Shown here: positions 9,570-18,807 of the stretch, piece after piece
How positions within the stretch are numbered: the first letter of the stretch is position 1
How the letters are laid out: each line of letters begins with the position of its first letter
IMG/VR virus record: IMGVR_UViG_3300028833_000062
DNA: 64,000 nt
Origin: an uncultured virus (IMG/VR IMGVR_UViG_3300028833_000062)
Lineage: Duplodnaviria; Heunggongvirae; Uroviricota; Caudoviricetes
Direction: 5' to 3' (one strand)
Translations under genes and position numbers: made by a program
The notes under the pieces: generated by a model
The model's input: only the letters and a program-made list of their open reading frames with translations
Databases searched by the model: none
What the model was told of the DNA's origin: nothing

Positions 9570-9767
9570 ATGATACCACCATATAAAATATATAGCGACG
9601 GAAGCATAGAATCTGATGGATATATGTTTCGAGATAAGTATGAATTTTGTAATTATTGCGATTATAAAGAAGCTTGTGATGATTATTGGAGACACCAAGA
9701 AGAAATGGAACAAGAAGAAAGAGAATATAGATTACAAGAATTAGATAGACTTTTAGTAGAATTATAA
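9570..9767 (+). CDS. small Cys-containing protein
   Basis: CxxC..C motif, acidic tail. Confidence 0.55.
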   Translation: MIPPYKIYSDGSIESDGYMFRDKYEFCNYCDYKEACDDYWRHQEEMEQEEREYRLQELDRLLVEL

Positions 9768-9779
9768 AAAAATATTTAT

Positions 9780-10253
9780 ATGAAAACACAAATTAGAAAA
9801 GGAGCATTTGAAACTAATAGTAGTTCTACACATGCTATTAATATTTTTAGAGGATATGATGAAAAAAATATTCCAGAAAGTATAGTTGTAAAACCAGGAG
9901 AATTTGGATGGGAATGTGATACTTATTATGATTATGATAGTAAGCTTTCTTATCTTTATACTTGGTGTCTTAGTGTAATGAGTATAGATGAAGCTGAATA
10001 TAAAATTAAAGAAGCACTTACAAATCTTGGTGTTAAAGAAGTAGAATTTGAAGAATGTAGTGGTTGGTATGAAGAAGGATATATTGACCATTCTGAAGAT
10101 TTATATAGAGGAGATCTTGATAAAATATTTGAAAATTACTTTGCTGATTTTATATTTGGAAATTCTTCATATATAGAGACAGGTAATGATAATGATGATA
10201 TTGATGTATGTGAAGATTATAGAGCAGACTTCAGCATATATAAGAGTAATTAA
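9780..10253 (+). CDS. FETNSSS-motif protein, type A
   Basis: MKTQIRKGAFETNSSSTH, GEFGWE, GYIDH, ETGND. Confidence 0.75.
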   Translation: MKTQIRKGAFETNSSSTHAINIFRGYDEKNIPESIVVKPGEFGWECDTYYDYDSKLSYLYTWCLSVMSIDEAEYKIKEALTNLGVKEVEFEECSGWYEEGYIDHSEDLYRGDLDKIFENYFADFIFGNSSYIETGNDNDDIDVCEDYRADFSIYKSN

Positions 10254-10798
10254 TTATGAAACAAAATATATATTATAATATTGAAAATATTTCTCCTTCA
10301 TCTATATGTAATAAAGAAATTTATTTCTATATTAATAAAGAGGTTTGGTGTGATAAATATAAAAATTATATTATAAAAGTTTTATATGAAACACCAGTTT
10401 ATTTAATAATTGATAGAAATAAAGGAGAAAAATTATTAATATTAGTAATTACTAATGTATCAGAATTTAAAGAAAATTTTAAATTAATTGAAACTTCAAT
10501 CAATTATGAAAAAAGAACTAATAGTTAGAAGAAATATATATAATGGTAAAGAACATAAATTAATATGGTCTGGTACAGGTAAATTATATGAATTCAAACC
10601 AGCAGAAGAATGGATGCCTGTTTATCTTAATTATTGGAATGATGAAGAACATGGTACAAGAACTATTGAATCTTTAGATAGTGATGGATTTGGATTTCCT
10701 CTTTGTGTTGGTGATATTGTAGATGATATGGAAGTTGCTGCAATATTAGAAGTAGATGATAAAATATGTGTAATGTTTAAATAAAAATTAATTAAGTT

Positions 10799-11173
10799 AT
10801 GAGTACATTTGAAATTTTGTTTTTAATTTTAGTAACAATTTTTGTAGGTTCAAGTCTTTATTTTGCTATTACTGGTAGAATTAGGATGATTGCTGCTGAA
10901 GCAAAAGATGATGAAAGGTATATAAATCAAACTCAGTGGGAAGATCAGATTAAAGTTCTTACAGTTAGAATGGGTGAAATAACTTCAGAAAATCAACGTC
11001 TTAATGGTGTTGTAAGAGAGTGGATGAATGCAGCTAATACATATAAAGTTGAAATTGATAAACTTAATAAGTCATTAGAAGAGTGGCAAAAACAATCTGA
11101 AGAATATAAAGCAAAATATTTTGAAGTTGATAAAGAACTAAAGAAATTTACAACAGCAAAAGGTAATGAATAA
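10799..11173 (+). CDS. membrane-anchored coiled-coil protein
   Basis: N-terminal TM helix followed by a heptad-like region. Confidence 0.65.
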   Translation: MSTFEILFLILVTIFVGSSLYFAITGRIRMIAAEAKDDERYINQTQWEDQIKVLTVRMGEITSENQRLNGVVREWMNAANTYKVEIDKLNKSLEEWQKQSEEYKAKYFEVDKELKKFTTAKGNE

Positions 11174-11177
11174 TTTA

Positions 11178-11220
11178 AATTCCAGAAATATTGAATTTCT
11201 GGAATTTTTTTCTATATTTA
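11178..11220 (+). promoter_or_regulatory. overlapping terminator hairpin and early-type promoter
   Basis: AATTCCAGAAAT-attga-ATTTCTGGAATT contains TTGAAT (11191), 15 nt before CTATATT. Confidence 0.65.
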
Positions 11221-11245
11221 TATTGTAATTTAAAAAACAAACATT

Positions 11246-11575
11246 ATGAGTCATTACAATTTCAAATTCGGTCAGTACATTGTTAAGAAAATGCGTCCGG
11301 TTAATGACATTACTCCTATTCCTATGATGGGAATGTTTATGTATTCTCGTAGTGATACTCCTATTTATGGTGTGTTCCGTGTTGATCCTTATATCAGAGG
11401 AGACTATGAAGCTCCATTTGAATACAAAGTTATTCTTACTCCTGTTGGTAAGTCTGCTGAAATTTTTCTTGATGATGATTTTTATACTTCTGATTTGAGA
11501 GATATCAAGGATGAAATGATTTTTGATGATATGAATCTGGCTGAGAAGTTTGTTGAAGAATTTTTGATTGATTAA
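11246..11575 (+). CDS. hypothetical early protein
   Basis: ORF behind a promoter; codon usage typical of strongly expressed genes. Confidence 0.7.
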   Translation: MSHYNFKFGQYIVKKMRPVNDITPIPMMGMFMYSRSDTPIYGVFRVDPYIRGDYEAPFEYKVILTPVGKSAEIFLDDDFYTSDLRDIKDEMIFDDMNLAEKFVEEFLID

Positions 11576-11822
11576 ATTATGTATATTCTTTTTACACCAG
11601 AAATGAATATTGATAATATTCTTGGTGCTCTTCATAATAAGGGTCTTAAAGATAGTCATTATGGTCCAGATAAAGAGCATGCAATTGGTGTATGTACTAC
11701 ATTTGTTACAAAACACTATACTTTCTTGTGTGAACCAATGCTTTCTAAGAATCCACATGTTAGTTGGATTCATTGTAGAAAGAAATATGAAACTGAAGAA
11801 GAATTTATTAATGCTGTGAATA

Positions 11823-12011
11823 ATGAAACCTTCTAAAAGAAGAATATATCATCATGAAGGTCATTGCTGTGACTGTTTATGGGGACCAATATATGATTGT
11901 TATAATAAAACAAGAAATTGGTGTTCGGAACATAAAAGGGAAATAGAAGATCCCCAAACTGAAAGATGTAATCAATTTTATAGAGCTGATTGTAAAAGAA
12001 ATAAGAAGTAA
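11823..12011 (+). CDS. small Cys/His-rich putative zinc-binding protein
   Basis: CCDC..WCSEH..CNQF. Confidence 0.55.
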   Translation: MKPSKRRIYHHEGHCCDCLWGPIYDCYNKTRNWCSEHKREIEDPQTERCNQFYRADCKRNKK

Positions 12012-12012
12012 T

Positions 12013-13125
12013 ATGTCTACTAAGATAGAAGAAATAATGGATAAGAAGCTTCTCGATGAAATGATTGAGAAGAAGTATGTTAATGTTCAGAAGCTTGACA
12101 CTGGAGATCCTACTACTGATCTTTGGCTGCTTAATTATTCTAAGTCTTGTCAGATTGAACATGTTTGGAATGAAGTAACTACTCAGTGCCGTGGCCTTAT
12201 CATTAATATGTTTGGAACTATCAAGGCTCGTCCTTTTGTTAAGTTCTATAACTATGAAGAGCTTGAAGGTCTTGGTATTACTGTTCCTAATCTTCCATTT
12301 GATGCTTATGAGAAGATGGATGGTTCACTTGGTATTATGTACTGGGTGAATGATGTACCTTATCTTGCAACTCGTGGTTCATTCAACTCAGAACAGTGTA
12401 AGCATGGTACTGAACTCCTTCATACTAAGTATAAGGATATGTGGGACCGTTTTGACAGAAATAAAACCTATCTTTTTGAAATCATTTATCCTGAGGATAA
12501 GCATTGTATTGTCTATGGTCCTGAGGTTGATGACATATTCCTTCTTGCAGTAATTGATACTGATACTGGAGAAGAGACTGATTCTATTGATAACTATCGT
12601 GATGTATTGTCTGTAACAAAGCATTATGATGGTATTAAGGATTGGAAGAATATTCGTGAACAGTTTGATGGTGATAACCGTGAAGGATTTGTTATCCGTT
12701 TCTCCAATGGATTTAGAATGAAGCTTAAGTATGAACAGTACTTTAAGATTCATTTCCTTAGGTCTATGCTTTCTAAGAAGTATATTCTTGAGTGTCTTGC
12801 TGATGATAAGATTTCTAATATAGAAGATTATATTGGTCAGCTTGATGAAGAGAACCAGATTTATTACCGTGCTAAGATGCAGGAAATAAAGGATAGATAT
12901 ACAGAAATTGAGAATAAGATGCTTGATATGTATATCTCTCCTGAGTGTTTTAAGACTCAGAAGGAATATGCTGAATGGGTATTTGGAAATCCTGCTCATA
13001 AGGGATTTACTGGTATGATGTTCTCTAAGGCAAAGGGTGCAGATTATTCTAAGATAATTTGGAAAATGATTAGAGAAGAAATTCGTGAAGAAAATAGAAA
13101 TGAATTAAATTCTGATGATGAATAA
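12013..13125 (+). CDS. RNA ligase 1 (T4 Rnl1-like)
   Basis: CRGLI, ARPFVKFYN, EKMDGSLG, ATRGSF, FEIIYP, EGFVIRF, RMKLK. Confidence 0.88.
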   Translation: MSTKIEEIMDKKLLDEMIEKKYVNVQKLDTGDPTTDLWLLNYSKSCQIEHVWNEVTTQCRGLIINMFGTIKARPFVKFYNYEELEGLGITVPNLPFDAYEKMDGSLGIMYWVNDVPYLATRGSFNSEQCKHGTELLHTKYKDMWDRFDRNKTYLFEIIYPEDKHCIVYGPEVDDIFLLAVIDTDTGEETDSIDNYRDVLSVTKHYDGIKDWKNIREQFDGDNREGFVIRFSNGFRMKLKYEQYFKIHFLRSMLSKKYILECLADDKISNIEDYIGQLDEENQIYYRAKMQEIKDRYTEIENKMLDMYISPECFKTQKEYAEWVFGNPAHKGFTGMMFSKAKGADYSKIIWKMIREEIREENRNELNSDDE

Positions 13126-13248
13126 ACAGTTATATGGTAGAACTTTTAGTTCTAAAAAGGAATTCCTTAAATGGTTTGAAGAACATGAAGATGACATCGA
13201 TTGGGATTATGATGTTGAATTATCTTGGTATTATAAAGATGAATAGAT

Positions 13249-13401
13249 ATGACACAAGAAGAAAAAGATAAACTTATCAATAAAGCAGCTAATTGGTTAT
13301 ATGAACATTTAGCTAATTCAGATAGATTACCTATGGCTAATTGGAATAAAGAATTCTGGAAAACAGCATTTATAGGTTATATGAATGATAATAAAGAATA
13401 A
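13249..13401 (+). CDS. small hypothetical protein (50 aa, not in ORF track)
   Basis: MTQEEKDKLINKAANWLYEH...; same N-terminal MTQEEK as 13613. Confidence 0.55.
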   Translation: MTQEEKDKLINKAANWLYEHLANSDRLPMANWNKEFWKTAFIGYMNDNKE

Positions 13402-13412
13402 TTTCATTATAT

Positions 13413-13616
13413 ATGGCACCAGATAAGATTTACATTGCTGAAACTCCGAATAAACTCATTGAGATTTGGAGCGACGAACCGATAGAACAAAAATCGTATA
13501 TAACAGAACATGAATATATCCGCAAGGACGCTTTATTGAAGTGGATAGATGAATATAAAAATTATTCATCTGGTCCTTCATGGGAATTGTTAAAAATACA
13601 CATTGAGACGCTATGA
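13413..13616 (+). CDS. hypothetical phage protein
   Basis: MAPDKIY...EYIRKDALL. Confidence 0.6.
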   Translation: MAPDKIYIAETPNKLIEIWSDEPIEQKSYITEHEYIRKDALLKWIDEYKNYSSGPSWELLKIHIETL

Positions 13617-13948
13617 CACAAGAAGAAAAACAATTACTACTCAAGGATCTTTGTGCTAGATTAGCGCATGGTATTACATATTACTATGATACAGATAATG
13701 TTGTCATACCTAAACAGATTTTAGGTCTCACAGAAATAAACAATATTCTCCTTGGAATAGGTGATAATATTAAACCTTATCTTAGACCTATGTCAAGTAT
13801 GACTGATGAAGAAAAGGATGAATTATCTTGTTACGAAAACTGTATACAAAGAGTAGATTTCTATTACTCACATCATATTGATTGTAGATTTATGATAGAG
13901 AAAGGTCTTGCTATTGAAGCAGAAGAAGGAATGTATAAAATTAAATAG
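13613..13948 (+). CDS. hypothetical phage protein
   Basis: MTQEEKQLLLKDLCARL...KPYLRPMSSMT...GLAIEA. Confidence 0.7.
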   Translation: MTQEEKQLLLKDLCARLAHGITYYYDTDNVVIPKQILGLTEINNILLGIGDNIKPYLRPMSSMTDEEKDELSCYENCIQRVDFYYSHHIDCRFMIEKGLAIEAEEGMYKIK

Positions 13949-13964
13949 ATTATAAAGATTAATT

Positions 13965-14333
13965 ATGATAACATATCATTTAATAGACCTTGAAAATATT
14001 CCAGTAAAATGGACTTCATTAATTAAACCAAATTATGAAGATCATATTTTAATATTTAGACTTGAAAATCCAAATGATAAAAATTATATATCACTTGATG
14101 ATTTTGTTAAATTTGCAAATTTGAATTTACATATAACTATTATTCAATGTAAAAATGGTAAACCAAAAATGAATGCTCTTGATTTTCAATTGTCTTCATA
14201 TTTTGGTTATCTTATTGGAACAAATGTAGATAATTCATTTATCATTTATTCTAATGATACTGGTTTTGATCCAGTAATAGAATTTTGGTCTGCTAAAGGA
14301 ATAAATATTAAAAGAGTAGAAGAAAATGAATAA
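13965..14333 (+). CDS. PIN-domain (PIN7/NYN-like) ribonuclease
   Basis: IDLENI, NALDFQL, IYSNDTGFD acidic catalytic motifs. Confidence 0.75.
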   Translation: MITYHLIDLENIPVKWTSLIKPNYEDHILIFRLENPNDKNYISLDDFVKFANLNLHITIIQCKNGKPKMNALDFQLSSYFGYLIGTNVDNSFIIYSNDTGFDPVIEFWSAKGINIKRVEENE

Positions 14334-14844
14334 TTTTATATCTACAATAAATTGGCAAAATGCTGATATTTATATACCTGAAGAAAGTAATGAAGGTATT
14401 ATATATTGTACAGTAAATAATAAAATTGGTACATTTAATGATATTAAAAATATAAATCATTGGAATTTTTTGAAAGATAAGTATCATATTAAATGGTGGT
14501 GCTATCAATGGAAAATATTACCTAATTAAATTTAATAATTATGGCTAAAGAAAGAAAAACTAAAGAAGTTATTAAAGTAGAATATAAAGAAAAAGAAATT
14601 GATAATAGTGATATTTATGATACCGCTATTGATAGAGCTTCTACTGGTTTTGCAGAATATATTGCAAGAGAAAAAAATGTAACGCGTTTACATTGTCCTG
14701 GTATTGATTTTGGTGTACGTATGCTTGCAAGAAGTTTGGTAAAAAATAATATTGTTGATGCTGTAAAACTTTTTAATTATTTAAAACAAAATAGTTATCG
14801 TTCATATGACGATATTATTAAAGAATGGTGGAAATAATAAATAT

Positions 14845-15048
14845 ATGTTAAAATTAAATTCAAATATATTTAAAATTAAAATTGGAGATACTGTAAAATG
14901 CGGACGTACGGTTTATACAATTGTAGCTACATTTGAAGATGAAGGTAGTATATACTATGTAGGTAAGTATATTAATAAAGATAATATACCATATTATTCT
15001 AATATTTTAACATATATTGGAGAACATATATTATTTAAACATGTATAA
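14845..15048 (+). CDS. small hypothetical protein, tandem paralog 1
   Basis: Start ATG at 14845, MLKLNSNIFKIKIGDTVKCG; similar to 15125. Confidence 0.7.
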   Translation: MLKLNSNIFKIKIGDTVKCGRTVYTIVATFEDEGSIYYVGKYINKDNIPYYSNILTYIGEHILFKHV

Positions 15049-15074
15049 AAATATTAAATTAATATCAATAATTT

Positions 15075-15107
15075 TTGAATTTTTTTAATATTATTCTATA
15101 TTATAAT
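15075..15107 (+). promoter_or_regulatory. early-type promoter
   Basis: TTGAAT-N15-CTATATTATAAT. Confidence 0.75.
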
Positions 15108-15124
15108 GTGATTATATAAATAAT

Positions 15125-15331
15125 ATGTTAAAATTACGTTCAGATGTACTTAAAGTTAAAGTAGGAGATACAGTTCAATGCGGTCTCATACGTTATATTG
15201 TAGTAAGTATATTTGAAGATAATGGAAGAACATTTTATGTATGTAAGTATACTAAAAAGAATGATAATGTTACTTCTTATTCTAATATTTTAACATATAA
15301 TAAAGAACATAAATTATTCAAACATGTATAA
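15125..15331 (+). CDS. small hypothetical protein, tandem paralog 2
   Basis: MLKLRSDVLKVKVGDTVQCG...YSNILTY..LFKHV. Confidence 0.7.
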   Translation: MLKLRSDVLKVKVGDTVQCGLIRYIVVSIFEDNGRTFYVCKYTKKNDNVTSYSNILTYNKEHKLFKHV

Positions 15332-15935
15332 GTTCGTAAAAATTCGTCCTAAGGATCAGTCAGAAAAGAAAGGTTATTGGTATTTTGTACCTAATTCTAT
15401 TGAACAGGTTCAGGAACATTTTACTAAAATTTTTGGACAGGAAATCAGTGCTGGTGTAAAGGATAAGTTTAGTTCTATAACAAAGTATAAACATCCTGAA
15501 ACTGCTTGGAGATTTGGTGTTGATACTCTTAATAGATTTAGTGGAAATCCCTGGGTAGTAGATGCTGTTAATCTTGAGAATCAAGTTCTACATAGTCGTA
15601 TTGATGATTTTCTCAAGTATGGAAAAATTTATCTTGCTGATGGCGTTCAGCAGTTTATGTATCGTGATGATCTTTTTGAGATTGTTGAAGAGGTAGATTC
15701 TGAAATTCTTTCTTATCCTAGAGAAGCACAAGTTCATATTGAAGAAGTAAGGTATATGCAATGGGAAGTTCCTGGTTATCCTAAAGGTGAACATTGGTAT
15801 GCTAAGATTGGTAATATGGATGTTCGAGATAAAGAAGGAAATATGAAGTGGAATACCAAGGAAGAGGCTATAAAGGCTGCTGAATGGTTTTGTCAAGAAT
15901 TGAATTGGAAAACGTATTTTGGTTCTAAAAAATAA
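15324..15935 (+). CDS. hypothetical protein
   Basis: 203-aa ORF coupled to the upstream gene. Confidence 0.75.
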   Translation: MYKFVKIRPKDQSEKKGYWYFVPNSIEQVQEHFTKIFGQEISAGVKDKFSSITKYKHPETAWRFGVDTLNRFSGNPWVVDAVNLENQVLHSRIDDFLKYGKIYLADGVQQFMYRDDLFEIVEEVDSEILSYPREAQVHIEEVRYMQWEVPGYPKGEHWYAKIGNMDVRDKEGNMKWNTKEEAIKAAEWFCQELNWKTYFGSKK

Positions 15936-15995
15936 TATAAAAGATTAGTAAGCATATTGGTATTATAAACTAATATTCTTACAAATGAACGTAAG

Positions 15996-16022
15996 AAAAG
16001 AGGACTAATATTAGTCCTCTTT
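15996..16022. terminator. bidirectional terminator
   Basis: AAAGAGGACTAAT-ATTAGTCCTCTTT palindrome at a convergent junction. Confidence 0.75.
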
Positions 16023-17582
16023 ATTTATTATGTTTTCTAAACTTTTTTCTAATTCTTTACTCCAACCATCAACACTATTACAAACAAATTTTATATTAGG
16101 ATTTTCTATAGCATTTTTAAATTCATTTTTATAAATATTATTACTCCAAATTCCAAGTCTTATCGTTGAATCTAAAACAGGTTCTTCATGTTTAAAGTAA
16201 TTAAAGTATATATCTTCTAATACATAACTTTCATTTCTCATATTAAACCTGTCCAAAATTTCTTTTAACTTGTTAAATTCAAAATAGCAAGGATAATGAG
16301 TTGTATAATTAACATGTGGTAAATTATATTTATCTAATAATTGTCGTGTTTTCCACTTATCATGATTCCAAAAATTTATAGGGGCTTTTTTATCTCCGGT
16401 AAAACTTAATGAATGATAATGAATTGTAGTAATATCTTCTAAACTAAAAGGCTTTATGGCATAATTATCATCAACCATCCATATAAAACCATCGTACATC
16501 TTATCATACTTTTTCATTACAATATTAAACTTATTCTGCATATCAAGATGCGGATTATACTGATTTTCTATTTTTACTATTGTTGGACAATATATAAATT
16601 CAACCCAATGAAAATCATTTTTTAATGATTTATCAAATTCACCAATAACAACAAAATGATATTTAAACTGGCAAAACATTTTCCACCCACTTAAAGCCAA
16701 TCTAATTTCATTACCTTGTGAACTACTTTGTTTATATGGTAATATAACTAATATCTCTTTTTTTAAGTCGTTCAATAGTTGTTGTTTAAGATGAAGCATA
16801 TCTGGATTTATTTTAAAAAATACATCAATAGTTCTGGCATAACCCATAAAATAACCTCTTTTCCTTTTATTAATATATTCTTCCCAAGATTTTGTCATAT
16901 AATGTTTAATGTATATTCTATCATATACAATCTTTGTTCTTATATTACTAAAATCTGTTCTACACCATTTACATTTGTCTGTTGGTTGGTGTGCATCTTT
17001 AAATTTTGTTTCATTAAAACTACTTAATTTATAACACGTTTTTGTTGTCCACTCTAACCTATCATGTCCAGGATATTTAGATTCTTTTGTATAAGTTTTA
17101 AGTAATCCTTTGTTAATATAATCAGGCTTATTTATATATCCATTTGCACCATATATCTTCCATTGTAATATAACAGCATCATAATCCTTATACTTTGATA
17201 ATATATTTTTAATATCATCATCTTCATTTTGAAAAGTTATAAATTCATCATTATCAATAACAAAACACCAATCATATTTATCAGCATATAAATTTTTAAT
17301 ATAATTAAGACATTTTGGAAAATATATTTCCTGTGGATTTTTCTTTCTTGATAGTTTTAACTCAAATACCAATTTTTTATCTTCTTCATTAAGAATAGTT
17401 GATACACTATTCAATGTTACATTATCAGTGTATTTATCTGTTATTTCTTTATGAGAATCACTATCCAAATCTTCAAATATGAATATGTGGTTAATACCTA
17501 AATCTAAATGATATTTTATCCACTCATCAAGATATTCTTGTTCGTTTTTTATTACGGTTAATATGCAGGAAGTATTTATCAT
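16011..17582 (-). CDS. two-domain glycosyltransferase (GT2/GT92-like plus a second GT-A/Stealth-like domain)
   Basis: IKNEQEYLDEWIKYHL.LG, IDNDEF, HYMTKSWEE; second domain EIRLAL..VIGE, WMVDDNY. Confidence 0.75.
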   Translation of the reverse strand: MINTSCILTVIKNEQEYLDEWIKYHLDLGINHIFIFEDLDSDSHKEITDKYTDNVTLNSVSTILNEEDKKLVFELKLSRKKNPQEIYFPKCLNYIKNLYADKYDWCFVIDNDEFITFQNEDDDIKNILSKYKDYDAVILQWKIYGANGYINKPDYINKGLLKTYTKESKYPGHDRLEWTTKTCYKLSSFNETKFKDAHQPTDKCKWCRTDFSNIRTKIVYDRIYIKHYMTKSWEEYINKRKRGYFMGYARTIDVFFKINPDMLHLKQQLLNDLKKEILVILPYKQSSSQGNEIRLALSGWKMFCQFKYHFVVIGEFDKSLKNDFHWVEFIYCPTIVKIENQYNPHLDMQNKFNIVMKKYDKMYDGFIWMVDDNYAIKPFSLEDITTIHYHSLSFTGDKKAPINFWNHDKWKTRQLLDKYNLPHVNYTTHYPCYFEFNKLKEILDRFNMRNESYVLEDIYFNYFKHEEPVLDSTIRLGIWSNNIYKNEFKNAIENPNIKFVCNSVDGWSKELEKSLENIINKED

Positions 17583-17600
17583 TTAAATAAATTATGTATT

Positions 17601-17645
17601 TATATAAAAATAAAGATTGAATTTTGTTATTCTTTTTCTATATTA
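17601..17645. promoter_or_regulatory. back-to-back late (-) and early (+) promoters
   Basis: TATATAAAAATA at 17601-17612, then TTGAAT(17617)-N15-CTATATTA. Confidence 0.7.
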
Positions 17646-17667
17646 TATTGTAATTAAATAAAACAAT

Positions 17668-17803
17668 ATGTATAGTTTCATTAAAATTTATCCAAAGAAT
17701 ATACCTGATAAGAAAGGAGTTTATTAATGAATAGGCTATAAATGATGCTAAGTGAGTTTGTCAAGAATTGAATTATAAAATGTATTTTTGTTATAAAGAT
17801 TAA
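17668..17803 (+). pseudogene. internally deleted remnant of gene 15324..15935
   Basis: 5' part resembles the start and 3' part resembles the end of 15324..15935 (shared TTTGTCAAGAATTGAATT); contains stop codons. Confidence 0.7.
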
Positions 17804-17805
17804 TT

Positions 17806-18396
17806 ATGAATAATTTTCCTGTAAAAGTTGATGGTAAAGAATACTGGATTAGCCGTTCTGTTGCGGTAGCAGTTTCTATTTATACATTTATTGATGGTAA
17901 GTTATGTATACTTGCTAATAAACGAGGTACTGGTCTTCCTGGACAGAATTTTTCTAACCCTGGTAAATGGAATGTCGTAAGTGGATTCATTGATTATGAT
18001 GAAACACTTAAAGAGGCATGTATCAGAGAAGTTCATGAAGAAACAGGACTTGATATCAGTAATGTCGAATTAAGACAGATGATGATTGATGATTCTCCTA
18101 AACGTTCTGGTCAGGTAATTCTTTTTAGATATATTGGATTTTATTATAATTTTGATAAAAAGATTACTCTTACTAATAAATATGCAGAACCAAAAGAAGT
18201 TGATGATGTAAAGTTTATTCCTATTAATGAGCTTGATAATTATGATTGGACTAGTGAAAATCATAAAGAGAAGATCAAAGAATATGGAGAATATATAAAA
18301 TATAACAATAGTACTGCTTATACATTCTTTAGTATGATTAATCAAGGAGATGAAAAAGCAAAAAATTCTGTTTATTATGATATAGATATAAAATAG
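17806..18396 (+). CDS. NUDIX hydrolase (ADP-ribose pyrophosphatase-like)
   Basis: Nudix box GFIDYDETLKEACIREVHEETGL. Confidence 0.9.
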   Translation: MNNFPVKVDGKEYWISRSVAVAVSIYTFIDGKLCILANKRGTGLPGQNFSNPGKWNVVSGFIDYDETLKEACIREVHEETGLDISNVELRQMMIDDSPKRSGQVILFRYIGFYYNFDKKITLTNKYAEPKEVDDVKFIPINELDNYDWTSENHKEKIKEYGEYIKYNNSTAYTFFSMINQGDEKAKNSVYYDIDIK

Positions 18397-18397
18397 T

Positions 18398-18428
18398 TTG
18401 AATTTTTAAAATATTTTACTATATTATT
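18398..18428 (+). promoter_or_regulatory. early-type promoter
   Basis: TTGAAT-N15-CTATATTA. Confidence 0.7.
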
Positions 18429-18453
18429 TATGTGAAAAAGAGATTAATTTGTT

Positions 18454-18774
18454 ATGATTACTCAGAAAGATTTGTTGACTGTTCAAATTAATAAAATTTG
18501 TTATTCTCCAGAGTTTAATAAGTATTATTGTAATAAATATAAATTTGCTCCAAGTGGAATGACTCTTGATATTTGGGAAAAAGATAATGGAAAATTTAAT
18601 TCTGCTCTTGTAGCAAAACAATATGGATATAATAGTTTTACTACTGGTTATTCTGAATATGAAGATTTGAGTGATTATACTATTAATCCTTATGATTTTA
18701 CTGATGAGCAATATGAATATGTTCTAAAATATTTCAAAGATAATCATCCAGAAATTTATAAATATCTAAATTAA
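18454..18774 (+). CDS. hypothetical protein
   Basis: ORF between a promoter and a terminator. Confidence 0.7.
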   Translation: MITQKDLLTVQINKICYSPEFNKYYCNKYKFAPSGMTLDIWEKDNGKFNSALVAKQYGYNSFTTGYSEYEDLSDYTINPYDFTDEQYEYVLKYFKDNHPEIYKYLN

Positions 18775-18807
18775 AAACAGGAACTAATCATTAGTTCCTG
18801 TTTTTTT
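18773..18807. terminator. bidirectional terminator
   Basis: AAAAACAGGAACTAAT-c-ATTAGTTCCTGTTTTT. Confidence 0.8.
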
